Shown piece after piece: positions 51,329 to 60,432 of a DNA stretch of 60,432 bases. The first letter of the stretch is position 1. The number at the start of each line of letters is the position of its first letter. The notes beneath the pieces were generated by a model. It ran no database searches. It worked only from the letters and a program-made list of their open reading frames with translations, and was not told the DNA's origin. The DNA comes from an uncultured Bdellovibrionales bacterium (GTDB lineage Bacteria > Patescibacteriota > Minisyncoccia > Moranbacterales > UBA1568). The translations under genes were made by a program, and so were the position numbers. The stretch spans positions 1 to 60,432 of the forward strand of contig CAYUIR010000003.1 in the NCBI GenBank assembly GCA_964444815.1, given 5' to 3'.

Positions 51329-52522
51329 ATGAGTGGAAGACAAAAACTCGTCATTTTCTTGGTCGTCGCGGCTCTCGTGAGTGTCGTCGGGTATTTCCTC
51401 TTTGGTGGCAAGGAGGCCCGCAAGCCGATCGAACTCAACAACAAGAATCAGTCGCTCCCAACGGTGTCGAAGGACCCAGCCAACACCGGCCCGGTCGGTG
51501 CTATCACGGGTGTTTCCTGTGAAAATTGGAATCGTCGCCCAGTGGCGGTGATGCAACCAGTGGACTCGCAGGCTCGCCCCGTCGCTGGCTTCTCCGATGC
51601 TGACATGGTGTTTGAGATGCCGAATCCTGCCTCTGGTATCTTTGTGACACGCCTCATGGGCGTCTACCAGTGTGAAACCCCGGAAGAGGTTGGCTCGATC
51701 CGGAGTGCCCGTCATGACTATATCAGTGTCGCCAAGGGACTCGATGCTATCTTTGTCGGTTGGGGAGGATCGGCTTTTGCCCTGGCCAAGCTGGATGCGG
51801 GTGTGATCGACAACCTTGACTGTAACGACCAGGGTGGCAAGAGTGCAAGCTCGTACTGCTTCCGCAAGGAGCGCACTGGTCCGATGCGCATCGAAGACAC
51901 AGGATACATCAAGTTTGCCAAGATTCTCGAAGCAGCCAAGAACTTTGGCTACCGCATGGAGAGCAAGTTCGCAGGCTATCCTCACCAGGAGGACAAGGCC
52001 CTTGAGGCCCGTCCACAGGGTGGACACCTCCGCATCGGCTATCCTGGGATTATGGAGGCTGAGTATGACTATGATCGTGAGACCAATAGCTACAAGCGTA
52101 CCTGGGGCGGAGTGCCAGACACTGACCGAACTACCAAAGAGCGTATCGCCCCGAAGAATATCGTAGTCGCCATTGCTGAGAACGAGCAGATCCTCGCCGA
52201 GACCAACTACAAGGCTCGTGGAGTAGAGGATCCGTGGGCTGGTCTCGAGGAATGGGAAAAAGTGGGACCCAAGAATATCTCCGGTCGCTACAACAACCTC
52301 GAGTTTGGTGATCCATGGTTTGATACCAAAGATAGCGGCACTGCCTATTTCTACCTAAATGGTGAACAAATCCGGGGTGCCTGGAAGAAAGACAAGTCGA
52401 GCGCCGAGAGCAAACTGGCCTTTTTCGATGAAGGAGGAAGCGAAATCAAGTTTGTGCCGGGACAAATCTGGGTTCAAGTGATGGTGCCTGGGCAGAAGTT
52501 TGAGTGGACTCCAGCCCAGTAA
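51329..52522 (+). CDS. DUF3048 (YerB-like) domain protein, membrane-anchored
   Basis: N-terminal TM anchor. RRPVAVMQPVDSQARPVAGFSDADMVFEMP...GSIRSARHDY matches the DUF3048 N-terminal signature. Confidence 0.7.
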   Translation: MSGRQKLVIFLVVAALVSVVGYFLFGGKEARKPIELNNKNQSLPTVSKDPANTGPVGAITGVSCENWNRRPVAVMQPVDSQARPVAGFSDADMVFEMPNPASGIFVTRLMGVYQCETPEEVGSIRSARHDYISVAKGLDAIFVGWGGSAFALAKLDAGVIDNLDCNDQGGKSASSYCFRKERTGPMRIEDTGYIKFAKILEAAKNFGYRMESKFAGYPHQEDKALEARPQGGHLRIGYPGIMEAEYDYDRETNSYKRTWGGVPDTDRTTKERIAPKNIVVAIAENEQILAETNYKARGVEDPWAGLEEWEKVGPKNISGRYNNLEFGDPWFDTKDSGTAYFYLNGEQIRGAWKKDKSSAESKLAFFDEGGSEIKFVPGQIWVQVMVPGQKFEWTPAQ

Positions 52523-52615
52523 GCGGTTATCAGTCAGCAAAGAGCGACAAAAGTGGGCAGGTGCCCGCTTTTTGTTTGACGTGTATAATGGGAGTATTCT
52601 TTGTTTGACTGCTGT

Positions 52616-53581
52616 ATGATTATTTTCCTCCACGGCCAAGATGACTTTCTCGTCGGGCGGCGCAAACAAGCGCTCGCCCAGGCTTTTACTGCCAAATATA
52701 CTGGCGGTGAGGTCTTTGTCTTTGATTTCCAAGATGCGGGCCGACCAGAGGATGTGAAGCGAGCACTCGAAGCCTGTGAGGGCGGACTCTTTGCCACCGA
52801 AAAGATGATTGTCTTTCTCCGAGCCACGACGCTTCCCGAGGGGTCACAGAAGCTCCTCGCGACGTTTCTCAAGGACCAGGCGGGGCAGTTGCCCGAACGA
52901 ACGATTCTCCTCTTTGTTGAGACGGGTAAATTCAAGAAAACAGATGTATTGGCCAAGGCACTCTTGAAGCACCTCGATAAGGAAGAAGTCTATGATGCGC
53001 CCGAGGGGACGGCCCTTCGTCAGTTGGTTCAAAAAGAGCTTGCTCGCATCAATCCAGCGGTGACCATGGATGCGCAGGCCCTGCCACTGTTCTTGGCGCT
53101 CACGGGTGGTGGTACGGCTCAGATGATGACGGAGCTTGAGAAGCTCGCCACGTTTCGTAGCGAGGGCGTGATTACGAGTGAGGACATCACACTCCTCCTC
53201 CCTCGAGCTGAGGAAGAAAATATCTGGGGCGCGCTCGATGCGCTCGGACGAGGTCGTCCCAATGAGGCTCTTATCCTCTTTCGGCGTGAGGCCGAGAAAG
53301 GGGAGGGAGTGTACCCGGTGCTCTCGATGTGTGCCTGGCAGATACGCCGGCTCCTCGCTATCCGGGAGGCATATGACCACGGGATACGGCGACCGTCTGA
53401 TATAGCGAGCGCGACCAAACTCCCGCCCTTTACTGTCCAAAAGGCCATGGCCGTCATCCAAGAACTCCCACTCTCACGACTCAAAAAGAGCCTCGCTCTC
53501 CTCTCCGACATCGACACGGCACTCAAGCAAGGCAAAGCCGACCCAGAAGTCTCTCTTGATCTCTTTGTGTGGAAGTTTTAA
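52616..53581 (+). CDS. holA: DNA polymerase III delta subunit
   Basis: MIIFLHGQDDFLV... about 320 aa with a HolA-like three-domain pattern (LPLFLALTGGGTAQMMTELEKL). Confidence 0.7.
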   Translation: MIIFLHGQDDFLVGRRKQALAQAFTAKYTGGEVFVFDFQDAGRPEDVKRALEACEGGLFATEKMIVFLRATTLPEGSQKLLATFLKDQAGQLPERTILLFVETGKFKKTDVLAKALLKHLDKEEVYDAPEGTALRQLVQKELARINPAVTMDAQALPLFLALTGGGTAQMMTELEKLATFRSEGVITSEDITLLLPRAEEENIWGALDALGRGRPNEALILFRREAEKGEGVYPVLSMCAWQIRRLLAIREAYDHGIRRPSDIASATKLPPFTVQKAMAVIQELPLSRLKKSLALLSDIDTALKQGKADPEVSLDLFVWKF

Positions 53582-53592
53582 CTCTGAACATT

Positions 53593-54663
53593 ATGGGATT
53601 TGAATCCCTACCAAATCAGACGCAGAATCCAGAGCAACCGGCACGTTTTCTTGAAGGTAACGCTGTGCGTTCTGGTATGGTGAAGCATCTCGAGTCAATG
53701 TCACAAAGAATTGATATCAATACTCTACAAGGAATGGATCCAGAGGATCCACGTGGTCGGACATTTAAGCACATAACGGTTGAACATGGTAACCTGGAGA
53801 TTGAGATGATGGGAGTGGCTCATATTGTTGAGACTCTTCCGCGACACAGGGGTAAAATTGAATCAGCGATCAAAAATTCAGATTTCTTTATTTTGGAAAG
53901 TGTAGTGGAGGCAAATGACAGCAATCTTACGAGAGGGAAGGGAGGGAGCGCGGTCAGTTCTGATGGGATGTTTTTCCTTGAGGTTGAGCGCATGGTACGT
54001 AAACACGGTAAGGGATTAGTGACAATGGACCCTTACTACGGAGATGGGATACGAGAAGAAGAACATAGAGACGAAATGGAGAAGAGCGAGAAATTAGTAA
54101 AAGATACCCGCCGTTTGGTAGGAGCAGCTGGAATGGTCACATCTATCGCCGGGGCAGCGTTCTCTGCCCACTCTCTACAAGAAGTATCTTCTCAGGGTAA
54201 AGGCATTGAAGAATCGAAGATTTCTCGCCGAGATTTTCTGAAACTTTCCGCAGCAGGGGCGAGTGCTCTCTTAAGCCATAAGGTTGCAAGTGTTGAAACG
54301 GAAGCGAGAAATTACGGAGATGTTAAGACAGGTGATCCGACCTTTGACTACCAGCTTAATGACTACCGAGACGTAGTTATTGCTGAGGGTATTGATATGA
54401 TGAGTCGATCACTCACAAAAAAGAAAAAAATATCTCTTTTGTTTGGTGCCCATCATCTTAAGGGTATACGTTATTATCTAGATCATTCAGAAATTCGTCG
54501 AGCTAAATTGGCGCTCTATAAACCATTTCAACAAAAAGCTGAGCCGAAACTCAGAGCGTATCACTTTGAGATGGATAAACGAGTGAGCGAAAAGGAGTCA
54601 CAAAAAGGGAATTTTGGTGAATGGCAAAAAGATGTTGAGATGATTATAAAAACTCCCCAGTAA
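53593..54663 (+). CDS. hypothetical protein with internal twin-arginine-like motif
   Basis: 356 aa. The N-terminal half has a TraB/GumN-like GVAH...FFILE pattern (weak). SRRDFLKLSAAGASALL lies mid-protein, at about residue 215. Confidence 0.45.
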   Translation: MGFESLPNQTQNPEQPARFLEGNAVRSGMVKHLESMSQRIDINTLQGMDPEDPRGRTFKHITVEHGNLEIEMMGVAHIVETLPRHRGKIESAIKNSDFFILESVVEANDSNLTRGKGGSAVSSDGMFFLEVERMVRKHGKGLVTMDPYYGDGIREEEHRDEMEKSEKLVKDTRRLVGAAGMVTSIAGAAFSAHSLQEVSSQGKGIEESKISRRDFLKLSAAGASALLSHKVASVETEARNYGDVKTGDPTFDYQLNDYRDVVIAEGIDMMSRSLTKKKKISLLFGAHHLKGIRYYLDHSEIRRAKLALYKPFQQKAEPKLRAYHFEMDKRVSEKESQKGNFGEWQKDVEMIIKTPQ

Positions 54664-54686
54664 GGGGAGTTTTAAATTTCGGCGTT

Positions 54687-54956
54687 CTATTTCTTGGCTG
54701 CCTTCTTTACGAGAGCATTGAGACGAGACTTCTTGCGGGCAGCGGTGTTCTTCTTGATGATCTTCTTCTGAGCGGCCTTGTCGAGGGCTTTGATGGCCTT
54801 CTTGAGGGTCTCCTGGGCTTCATCGATGTTGCCGGCAGTGACAGCTTCGCGAGTCTTTTTGATGGCGCTCTTCACGACACCGTTGGCAACTTTGTTCCTG
54901 ATGGTGTTCTTGGCAGTGACGCGCATGTACTTTACGGCGGATTTCTTGATTGGCAT
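54687..54956 (-). CDS. rpsT: 30S ribosomal protein S20
   Basis: MPIKKSAVKYMRVTAKNTIRNKVANG...; basic, 89 aa. Confidence 0.9.
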   Translation of the reverse strand: MPIKKSAVKYMRVTAKNTIRNKVANGVVKSAIKKTREAVTAGNIDEAQETLKKAIKALDKAAQKKIIKKNTAARKKSRLNALVKKAAKK

Positions 54957-55082
54957 AGGGCTACAACAAATTTAAAAATCGAAATGAGAGAATCTGAGAC
55001 CTCTCTTTTGTATCACGAAAGCCGTTTTTTGGCAAGAATAGGCGATAAATGTTAAAATGACTACACCAATTTGATACGAAAT

Positions 55083-55655
55083 ATGATTGCACAACTCGTG
55101 GGAACTCTTGCTGGGATACGGGGGAATAGCGTCGTCCTCATGGTGGGCGGGGTAGGCTATCTCGTGGCTGTCTCGACCTATACGCTCGGCAAACTGGCCG
55201 GACGTGACGAGGTTCTCCTCCATATCCACACTCATGTGCGGGAGGATCAATTCAATCTGTTTGGCTTCCTCGACGAAGAGGAGCTCCATATGTTTGAGCT
55301 CCTCATCTCAGTCTCCGGTATCGGCCCCAAGATGGGGCTCTCTATCCTCTCTATCGCTGATATCAAAACCATTCGACTTGCTATCGTGAACAAGGACCCA
55401 TCTCTCCTCACTCGTGTCTCGGGTGTCGGCAAGAAGACCGCTGAGAAACTGATCGTAGAACTTCAGAACAAAGTGACGGCCGTGGCCGGAGATGAAGATG
55501 GCGACGCGGTGGCAGGGCAGGACGCGCTCGAAGCGCTCACCTCACTTGGCTACTCGGTGACCCAGGCCAGAGAGGCTCTCAAGCTCGTTCCCGCTGACGT
55601 GGCAGAGGTCGGCGCTCGCATCCGTGCTGCTCTCAAAACTCTGGGGAAGAAATAA
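55083..55655 (+). CDS. ruvA: Holliday junction DNA helicase RuvA
   Basis: MIAQLVGTL..., HhH motifs (LISVSGIGPKMGLSIL, LTRVSGVGKKTAEKLI) and C-terminal domain III. Confidence 0.9.
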   Translation: MIAQLVGTLAGIRGNSVVLMVGGVGYLVAVSTYTLGKLAGRDEVLLHIHTHVREDQFNLFGFLDEEELHMFELLISVSGIGPKMGLSILSIADIKTIRLAIVNKDPSLLTRVSGVGKKTAEKLIVELQNKVTAVAGDEDGDAVAGQDALEALTSLGYSVTQAREALKLVPADVAEVGARIRAALKTLGKK

Positions 55656-55664
55656 CGTGGAGAA

Positions 55665-56639
55665 ATGAACACAGAATTTTTGCAATCTAGAGAGTGGCTT
55701 CATTTACAGGAGGCTACGGGGAGGGGAATCATTCCTTTGGAAGAGGGGGATTTTGTGGCGAACGGGATAGTACATACGTTGCCAGTGGTAGGGTCATACT
55801 TGTATGTGCCGAGAGGACCGATTATTGAGAATGCCAAATTACAAATGCCAAATGTCAAAAAAGGAATGATAGACCTGATGACGTTGGCGAGGGAGAAAAA
55901 GATGAAGTGGATACGGATTGAGCCGGAGTCAGAGGAGGCGCTAGAGGCCATCAAGGCGATAGTTTCTAAGCGAGTGGTGCCGGCGCCTCATGACATGCAA
56001 CCGCGAGAGATTTTCAAAATAGCCATATCCAAGACCGAAGAAGAGCTCCTCGCGGGGATGAAGCCCAAGACCCGCTACAATATCCGTCTGGCCGAAAAGC
56101 GCGGAGTCTCAGTCTATGAGACACGGGAAGCGGAACATATCGAAGCCTTTCTCGGGCTCATCACCGCGACCTCGGGCCGGAAGGGTATCACCTCGCATCC
56201 CAAATCGTACTACGAAACGTTTTTTCAGGCGCTTCCTCGGGAGATGTGTCGACTCTTTGTAGCCGAGTATCAGGGAGTCATCATCGCGGCCAATCTCGTC
56301 ATGTTTTATGGTGACACCGTGACCTACCTCCACGGCGGGACCAGTGATGCCCATCGTGATGCCATGGCTCCGTACCTCCTCCAGTGGGAGCAGATCAAGG
56401 TCGCCAAGCGTGAAGGGTATCACTATTACGATTTTGGTGGGGTTCATACCCGAGTAGAGAATGAAAAATCCAAACTGAAGGACTGGGAAGGCATTACGAG
56501 GTTCAAGGTTGGCTTTGCTCCTGCCACCGCGCCGACCGTGTATCCTGGCACTCACGACATCATCCTTGATTCTCGTGGATATCTCCTCTATGATGGGTTA
56601 CGACATCTCCAAAAGTTGAAGCGTCTCGTCGCTCGCTAA
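55665..56639 (+). CDS. FemAB-family peptidoglycan interpeptide-bridge aminoacyltransferase
   Basis: The sequences FLQSREW..., TRYNIRLAEKRGV, and YLHGGTSDAHRDAMAPYLLQWEQIKVAKREGYHYYDFGG are typical of FemABX. Confidence 0.8.
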   Translation: MNTEFLQSREWLHLQEATGRGIIPLEEGDFVANGIVHTLPVVGSYLYVPRGPIIENAKLQMPNVKKGMIDLMTLAREKKMKWIRIEPESEEALEAIKAIVSKRVVPAPHDMQPREIFKIAISKTEEELLAGMKPKTRYNIRLAEKRGVSVYETREAEHIEAFLGLITATSGRKGITSHPKSYYETFFQALPREMCRLFVAEYQGVIIAANLVMFYGDTVTYLHGGTSDAHRDAMAPYLLQWEQIKVAKREGYHYYDFGGVHTRVENEKSKLKDWEGITRFKVGFAPATAPTVYPGTHDIILDSRGYLLYDGLRHLQKLKRLVAR

Positions 56640-56648
56640 TATTCTTCT

Positions 56649-57908
56649 ATGTCTCTCAAACGTCTCCTCTCGCGACTTGTGCCACAACCGATGAAGAATC
56701 TCTACCACCTCGGTCAGGCAGTCCTGGCGTGTGCATGGTATGGCTTTCCGTCGAAAAATCTCCTCGTGGTGGGTGTGACCGGGACCAATGGTAAGACCAC
56801 GACCACTCAGTTTATCTCACGTCTCCTCACTGTGTCAGGAAAGAAAGTGGCTATGGCCTCGACAATCAACTTTCAGATTGGCGAGCGGACTTGGGTCAAT
56901 GCCTCCAAGTTCACCACGCTTTCACCCTGGAAACTCCAGGCGTTTCTCCGTGAAGCCGTGCGCGAGGGCTGTACGCACGCCGTCATCGAGACCTCATCTC
57001 ATGCGCTCGATCAGAATCGCGTGTGGGGGATAGCCTATGAGATAGCCGTCATGACCAACGTGACGCGGGAGCACCTCGATTATCATGAGACTATGGCCGG
57101 GTACCGTGAGGCCAAGCGCCGACTGTTTACACGAGCCAAAAAGGCGGTGGTCAATCTCGATATGGAGGAGCCAGAGTATTTCGTCCGAGCTGGTGCGAGC
57201 CAGGTCGCGACCTACAGTACCAAAAAGAAAGAGGCCGATCTCGTCGCTCGTGACATTACCCTCGATTTCAAGGGCACCGAGTTCCTGGTCGGTGATACCC
57301 GGTTCCACCTCAATATTCCGGGACTCTTCAATATCGAGAACGCGCTTGCGGCCCTTGGAGTAGCCCGCCTCCTCCTGATTGATTTTGCTACCGTCCAAAA
57401 GGCCCTCGCCAGTGTCATGGGTGTCCCAGGACGGATGGAGCTCGTGCCGAACCATATGAATGCTGATATCCTCATTGACTATGCGGTGACACCAGATGCC
57501 TTCGAGCAGCTCTATGCCTCGATCCTCCCGCTCAAGATTCCTGGGAGCAAGATCATCCACGTCTTTGGAGCCTGTGGAGAACGTGATCGTGGGAAGCGAC
57601 CCACGATGGGAGAGATCGCGAGTACTCATGCGGATATCATTATCCTCACCAATGAAGATCCATTTTTTGAGGATCCAGAACAAATCATTGATGATATCGA
57701 ACGCGGGGTGACCAAGAAAAAAGACAAAAGTTATTTCCGTATTTTCGATCGGCGCGAGGCAATCCACAGAGCGCTGTCCCTGGCGGAAATCGGAGACATC
57801 GTCCTCGTCACTGGCAAAGGAGCCGAGGTGACGATGGCCCTTGGTGCCGAGCGCATTCCCTGGAGTGAACGCCAGGTGATTGAAGAGGAACTCGCGAAAC
57901 TTCAATAA
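56649..57908 (+). CDS. murE: Mur ligase family protein (MurE-like, short N-terminus)
   Basis: VTGTNGKTTTTQF P-loop, TNVTREHLDYH, and the C-terminal DRGKRP...TNEDP pattern. Confidence 0.8.
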   Translation: MSLKRLLSRLVPQPMKNLYHLGQAVLACAWYGFPSKNLLVVGVTGTNGKTTTTQFISRLLTVSGKKVAMASTINFQIGERTWVNASKFTTLSPWKLQAFLREAVREGCTHAVIETSSHALDQNRVWGIAYEIAVMTNVTREHLDYHETMAGYREAKRRLFTRAKKAVVNLDMEEPEYFVRAGASQVATYSTKKKEADLVARDITLDFKGTEFLVGDTRFHLNIPGLFNIENALAALGVARLLLIDFATVQKALASVMGVPGRMELVPNHMNADILIDYAVTPDAFEQLYASILPLKIPGSKIIHVFGACGERDRGKRPTMGEIASTHADIIILTNEDPFFEDPEQIIDDIERGVTKKKDKSYFRIFDRREAIHRALSLAEIGDIVLVTGKGAEVTMALGAERIPWSERQVIEEELAKLQ

Positions 57909-57950
57909 AGAAAAACCCCTCGAATGAGGGGCTTTTTTTATCTGTGGCTG

Positions 57951-58391
57951 TTAGCCCAGGATACGGATGAGGAAGATAGTGAGGAAGAGTCCGACAAAGG
58001 CACCGCCGATGATCTCGTTGACCCGATGTCCGACGCGCTCCTTGAGGCGGGGAAACTTATCTTTTGGGATATTCAATTGCTCGACGAGCATATTCAAGTA
58101 CCGACCCTGGTCTCCGAGGTACATGCGAATACGGGCCGCGTCATCGATGACGATGAAGGCGAGGACGGCCGAGAGCGCAAAGGCACCGGAGTGGATGCCT
58201 TCGTAGTAGGCGACACTGGTCAAGAGCGAGACCACGAGCGAGGTGTGAGCACTCGGCATGTGACCGTGAGTAAAGGCGTACTCGACGTTAAACCCGTGCT
58301 TGTACGAGTAGAGCGCAAACTTGATGAGCTGGGTGATGACACCGACGGTGATCGGAATCAAGAAGACCAGATAGGACTGCAGATTTTCCAT
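57951..58391 (-). CDS. divergent PAP2-like membrane protein (DUF212 family)
   Basis: HGHMPSAHTSLVVSL and FIVIDDAARIR motifs. Four TM helices. Confidence 0.7.
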   Translation of the reverse strand: MENLQSYLVFLIPITVGVITQLIKFALYSYKHGFNVEYAFTHGHMPSAHTSLVVSLLTSVAYYEGIHSGAFALSAVLAFIVIDDAARIRMYLGDQGRYLNMLVEQLNIPKDKFPRLKERVGHRVNEIIGGAFVGLFLTIFLIRILG

Positions 58392-58525
58392 AGGAATATT
58401 TAATTATTGAGGGGTACTTTCTGCCAAAAGTATAGCATATTTCTGGGCATTTTCCCCAGGTTAGGGTCAGGTTGCAAAAACGTGGGGATTTGCTACCCTA
58501 AGAGGGTAATCTTTCAATAAAATCT

Positions 58526-59080
58526 ATGTTGAGCCTACCGCTTATATTGCTCGTGATTGTCGGTCTCGTCGTGCTCTATGTGGTCTTTACCTACAACGGC
58601 CTCATCTCACTCCGCAACCGCGTGAGCGAAGCTTGGAGCGATATCGATGTCCAGCTCAAGCGTCGCTATGATCTCATCCCGAATTTGGTCAATACCGTGA
58701 AGGGCTATGCCAGTCACGAGAGTGGTGTCTTTGAGAAGGTGACCGAAGCCCGTGCCAATGCTATGCAGGCCGGAAATACGCATGACAAGGCCGAAGCCGA
58801 AAACATGCTCTCGCAGACCTTGAAGAGCCTTTTTGCGGTCGCCGAGGCCTATCCTGATCTCAAGGCTAACCAGAACTTCCTCGAGCTTCAGCGGGAACTC
58901 TCAGATACTGAGAATAAAATCCAAGCTTCACGCCGTTTCTACAATGGTAACGTCTTGGAACTGAACAACAAGATTGATATGTTTCCTTCGAACATCATCG
59001 CGAGCATCTTCCATTTTGTGAAGAGTGAATTCTTTGAAGTCGCCGAAGCCGAAAAGGAACCAGTGAAAGTCCAGTTCTAG
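58526..59080 (+). CDS. lemA: LemA family protein
   Basis: N-terminal TM, then [33 protein letters not shown]...RRFYNGNV, the canonical LemA pattern. Confidence 0.9.
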   Translation: MLSLPLILLVIVGLVVLYVVFTYNGLISLRNRVSEAWSDIDVQLKRRYDLIPNLVNTVKGYASHESGVFEKVTEARANAMQAGNTHDKAEAENMLSQTLKSLFAVAEAYPDLKANQNFLELQRELSDTENKIQASRRFYNGNVLELNNKIDMFPSNIIASIFHFVKSEFFEVAEAEKEPVKVQF

Positions 59081-59154
59081 CACAAGCGACTGGAAGGCGA
59101 TATACTAAGAGCGTGACCCGAAGTGGCACGCTCTTTTGTTTCAATCATATTCCC

Positions 59155-59598
59155 ATGGCACTCTCCAAACAATCTACGGTAGTCATCGCAGGCGCTTTGG
59201 CTGTACTCTGCACCGGACTTCTTATCGGCACACTGTGGGGAAGGATGTATACGCCAGAAAATCTCTCGCCAGAATTTAAACAACTCAAGAGTTCTCTGAA
59301 ATCAGAGGGGCTCTCGATAGAGGGAAGAGAAGTTCGTCCCAAGAGTCAGCTGGTACGAGCCCGGGCTCGCTTTACACTCGACACTCCCGCTGGAGAGCGA
59401 GAGTTCTCACTCGAGCGGTGCTTTTCGGCCGAGGCTGCCGAAAAGCGGGTTGCAGAGATTCTAGAGCTTGAGGCTGTCTCTTCGCAGCTGGCGGTCCATG
59501 GAGTCTGGGTCCTCCGTCTCGAGGATGAGTGGGACGCAACCGATGCCGAAGCGAGAGAGCTCCGTCGGGTATTTCTCACCATTCCGGTCACGGAGTGA
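59155..59598 (+). CDS. hypothetical membrane-anchored protein
   Basis: ATG 59155 (MALSKQSTVVIAGALAVLCTGLLIG...). One TM segment. I recognise no family. Confidence 0.4.
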   Translation: MALSKQSTVVIAGALAVLCTGLLIGTLWGRMYTPENLSPEFKQLKSSLKSEGLSIEGREVRPKSQLVRARARFTLDTPAGEREFSLERCFSAEAAEKRVAEILELEAVSSQLAVHGVWVLRLEDEWDATDAEARELRRVFLTIPVTE

Positions 59599-59684
59599 CT
59601 CTGTACGAGCGAGCGTAGATTTGCTATACTATCCGCGCGCGACCAAGCGCTTTATCCATTCTGATTGATTACCTATGGCTACCC

Positions 59685-60432
59685 TCTACACTCACAAAGA
59701 CCACAATCAACGTCTAACCTTTGTCTATATCACTGGCTTTCTCCTCTTTGTCATCGGGGTCGGCTATGTCTTTGCGGGAGCGATGCAGTCAAGCGCTATC
59801 CTCTACGGGGCGGTGGCCTTTTCAATCCTCACGAGCGTCGCCTCATACTGGTGGAGCGATCGGATTGTCCTCTCGATGAGCGGAGCCAAACTCGTCAACT
59901 TCGAGGACAACAAAGAACTCTATCGTCTGGTCGAGAATCTCGCCATCACGGCCGGTCTCCCCACGCCCAAGATCTATACCATCGAAGACACTGCCCTCAA
60001 CGCTTTTGCCACCGGGCGCAATCCCGAGCATGGCGTCATCTGCTTTACGACCGGTATCCTTGCGACCCTCAATCGGGCAGAGCTCGAGGGAGTGGCTGCT
60101 CATGAACTCTCACACATTGGCAATCGTGACACGCTCATTTCGACAGTAGTGGTTATCCTGGTCGGGTTTGTGGCACTCCTCGCTGACTGGTTTCGGCATT
60201 GGGCCTGGTTTGGTGGCAATCGTGACAATGACAACCGCGGACAGTTCCAAGTCATCCTCATGGTGATAGCCATCATCCTCTCCATTCTCGCTCCGCTCGC
60301 AGCCATGCTCATGCAACTCGCGATCTCGCGGAAGCGCGAGTTCTTGGCCGATGCTTCCGGTGCGCTCCTCACTCGCTACCCCGAAGGGTTGGCCTCGGCC
60401 CTCGAGAAACTCTCGGGTGACCGCGAACCACT
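59685..60432 (+). CDS. htpX: zinc metalloprotease HtpX (M48), 3' end beyond window
   Basis: Frame from ATG 59685: MATLYTHKDHNQRLTFVYITGFLL...GVAAHELSHIGNRD...EFLADASGALLT. The HExxH and EFxAD motifs are present. Missing from the ORF track because no stop lies in the window. Confidence 0.88.

Noticed and set aside
49334-52027. Minus-strand ORFs 49334-50062 (242 aa) and 51305-52027 (240 aa), and the frames overlapping fpg
   Set aside because: They are antisense shadows of polA, the DUF3048 gene and fpg respectively.
56994-57905. 303-aa minus-strand ORF antisense to the Mur ligase gene
   Set aside because: This is a shadow ORF. The plus-strand frame carries the Mur ligase P-loop and other family motifs.
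59665-60105. 146-aa ORF from the track at the htpX locus
   Set aside because: It is out of frame with the real gene. The frame from ATG 59685 gives a canonical HtpX with HELSH and EFLAD motifs, whereas the listed ORF is Arg/Ser/Cys/His/Pro-rich noise.
1-60432. Alternative genetic code (UGA=Gly, as in Gracilibacteria/Absconditabacteria)
   Set aside because: Conserved genes end at TGA at the expected length (for example dnaA at 22712-22714). Conserved ORFs are not interrupted by in-frame TGA. The standard code 11 fits.

Overview
This 60.4 kb window is a chromosomal segment spanning a replication-origin neighbourhood: rpmH-rnpA-yidC-jag on the minus strand, facing dnaA-dnaN on the plus strand. 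It uses the standard bacterial code; for example, dnaA ends in TGA. The gene content points to a small-genome, Patescibacteria/CPR-like bacterium, but that placement is inference, not proof. The supporting genes are a TrbC/VirB2-like pilin, FemAB plus a Mur ligase, a DUF3048 protein, a short YidC and many small orphan genes. Most of the window is housekeeping: rplS, rluD-like, class I RNR nrdAB, peroxiredoxin plus SOD, PBP1A, ruvC/ruvB/ruvA, yebC, polA, tsaE, fpg, holA, rpsT, murE-like, lemA and htpX. There is also a cell-surface polysaccharide cluster with two Wzy/O-antigen-ligase-like genes, two GT2 genes and a flippase.

Four regions stand out.

1. A five-gene tRNA array (1.5-3.5 kb) is colonised by selfish elements. 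tRNA-Phe(GAA) carries a 244-nt group I intron. A GIY-YIG ORF sits between an intact tRNA-Leu and a duplicated tRNA-Leu 5' fragment that is split by a 20-nt palindrome. An HTH/LAGLIDADG-like ORF abuts tRNA-Met.

2. A block of three ATP-grasp ligases, one fused to a DTGA retropepsin-like domain, lies next to a 7-TM protein (27.1-31.0 kb).

3. A 1008-aa pilB consists of two complete GspE/PilB ATPase units fused in tandem.

4. The most interesting region is a ~7.6 kb island (31.6-39.2 kb) inserted between ruvC and yebC, two genes that are usually neighbours. It is built from two tandem modules. Each module has a divergent TrmB-like regulator, a consensus sigma70 promoter with a conserved leader, small orphan genes, and ends in the same 38-nt terminator. 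Module 1 contains two unannotated paralogous mini-ORFs (22 and 19 aa) that differ mostly at synonymous codon positions. They lie just upstream of a radical SAM enzyme and near an orphan receiver-like protein. This looks like a candidate RiPP-like or peptide-modification system. A ~60-90 nt structured leader motif recurs six times in the island, with compensatory changes in its hairpin.

No rRNA genes and no CRISPR array were seen.
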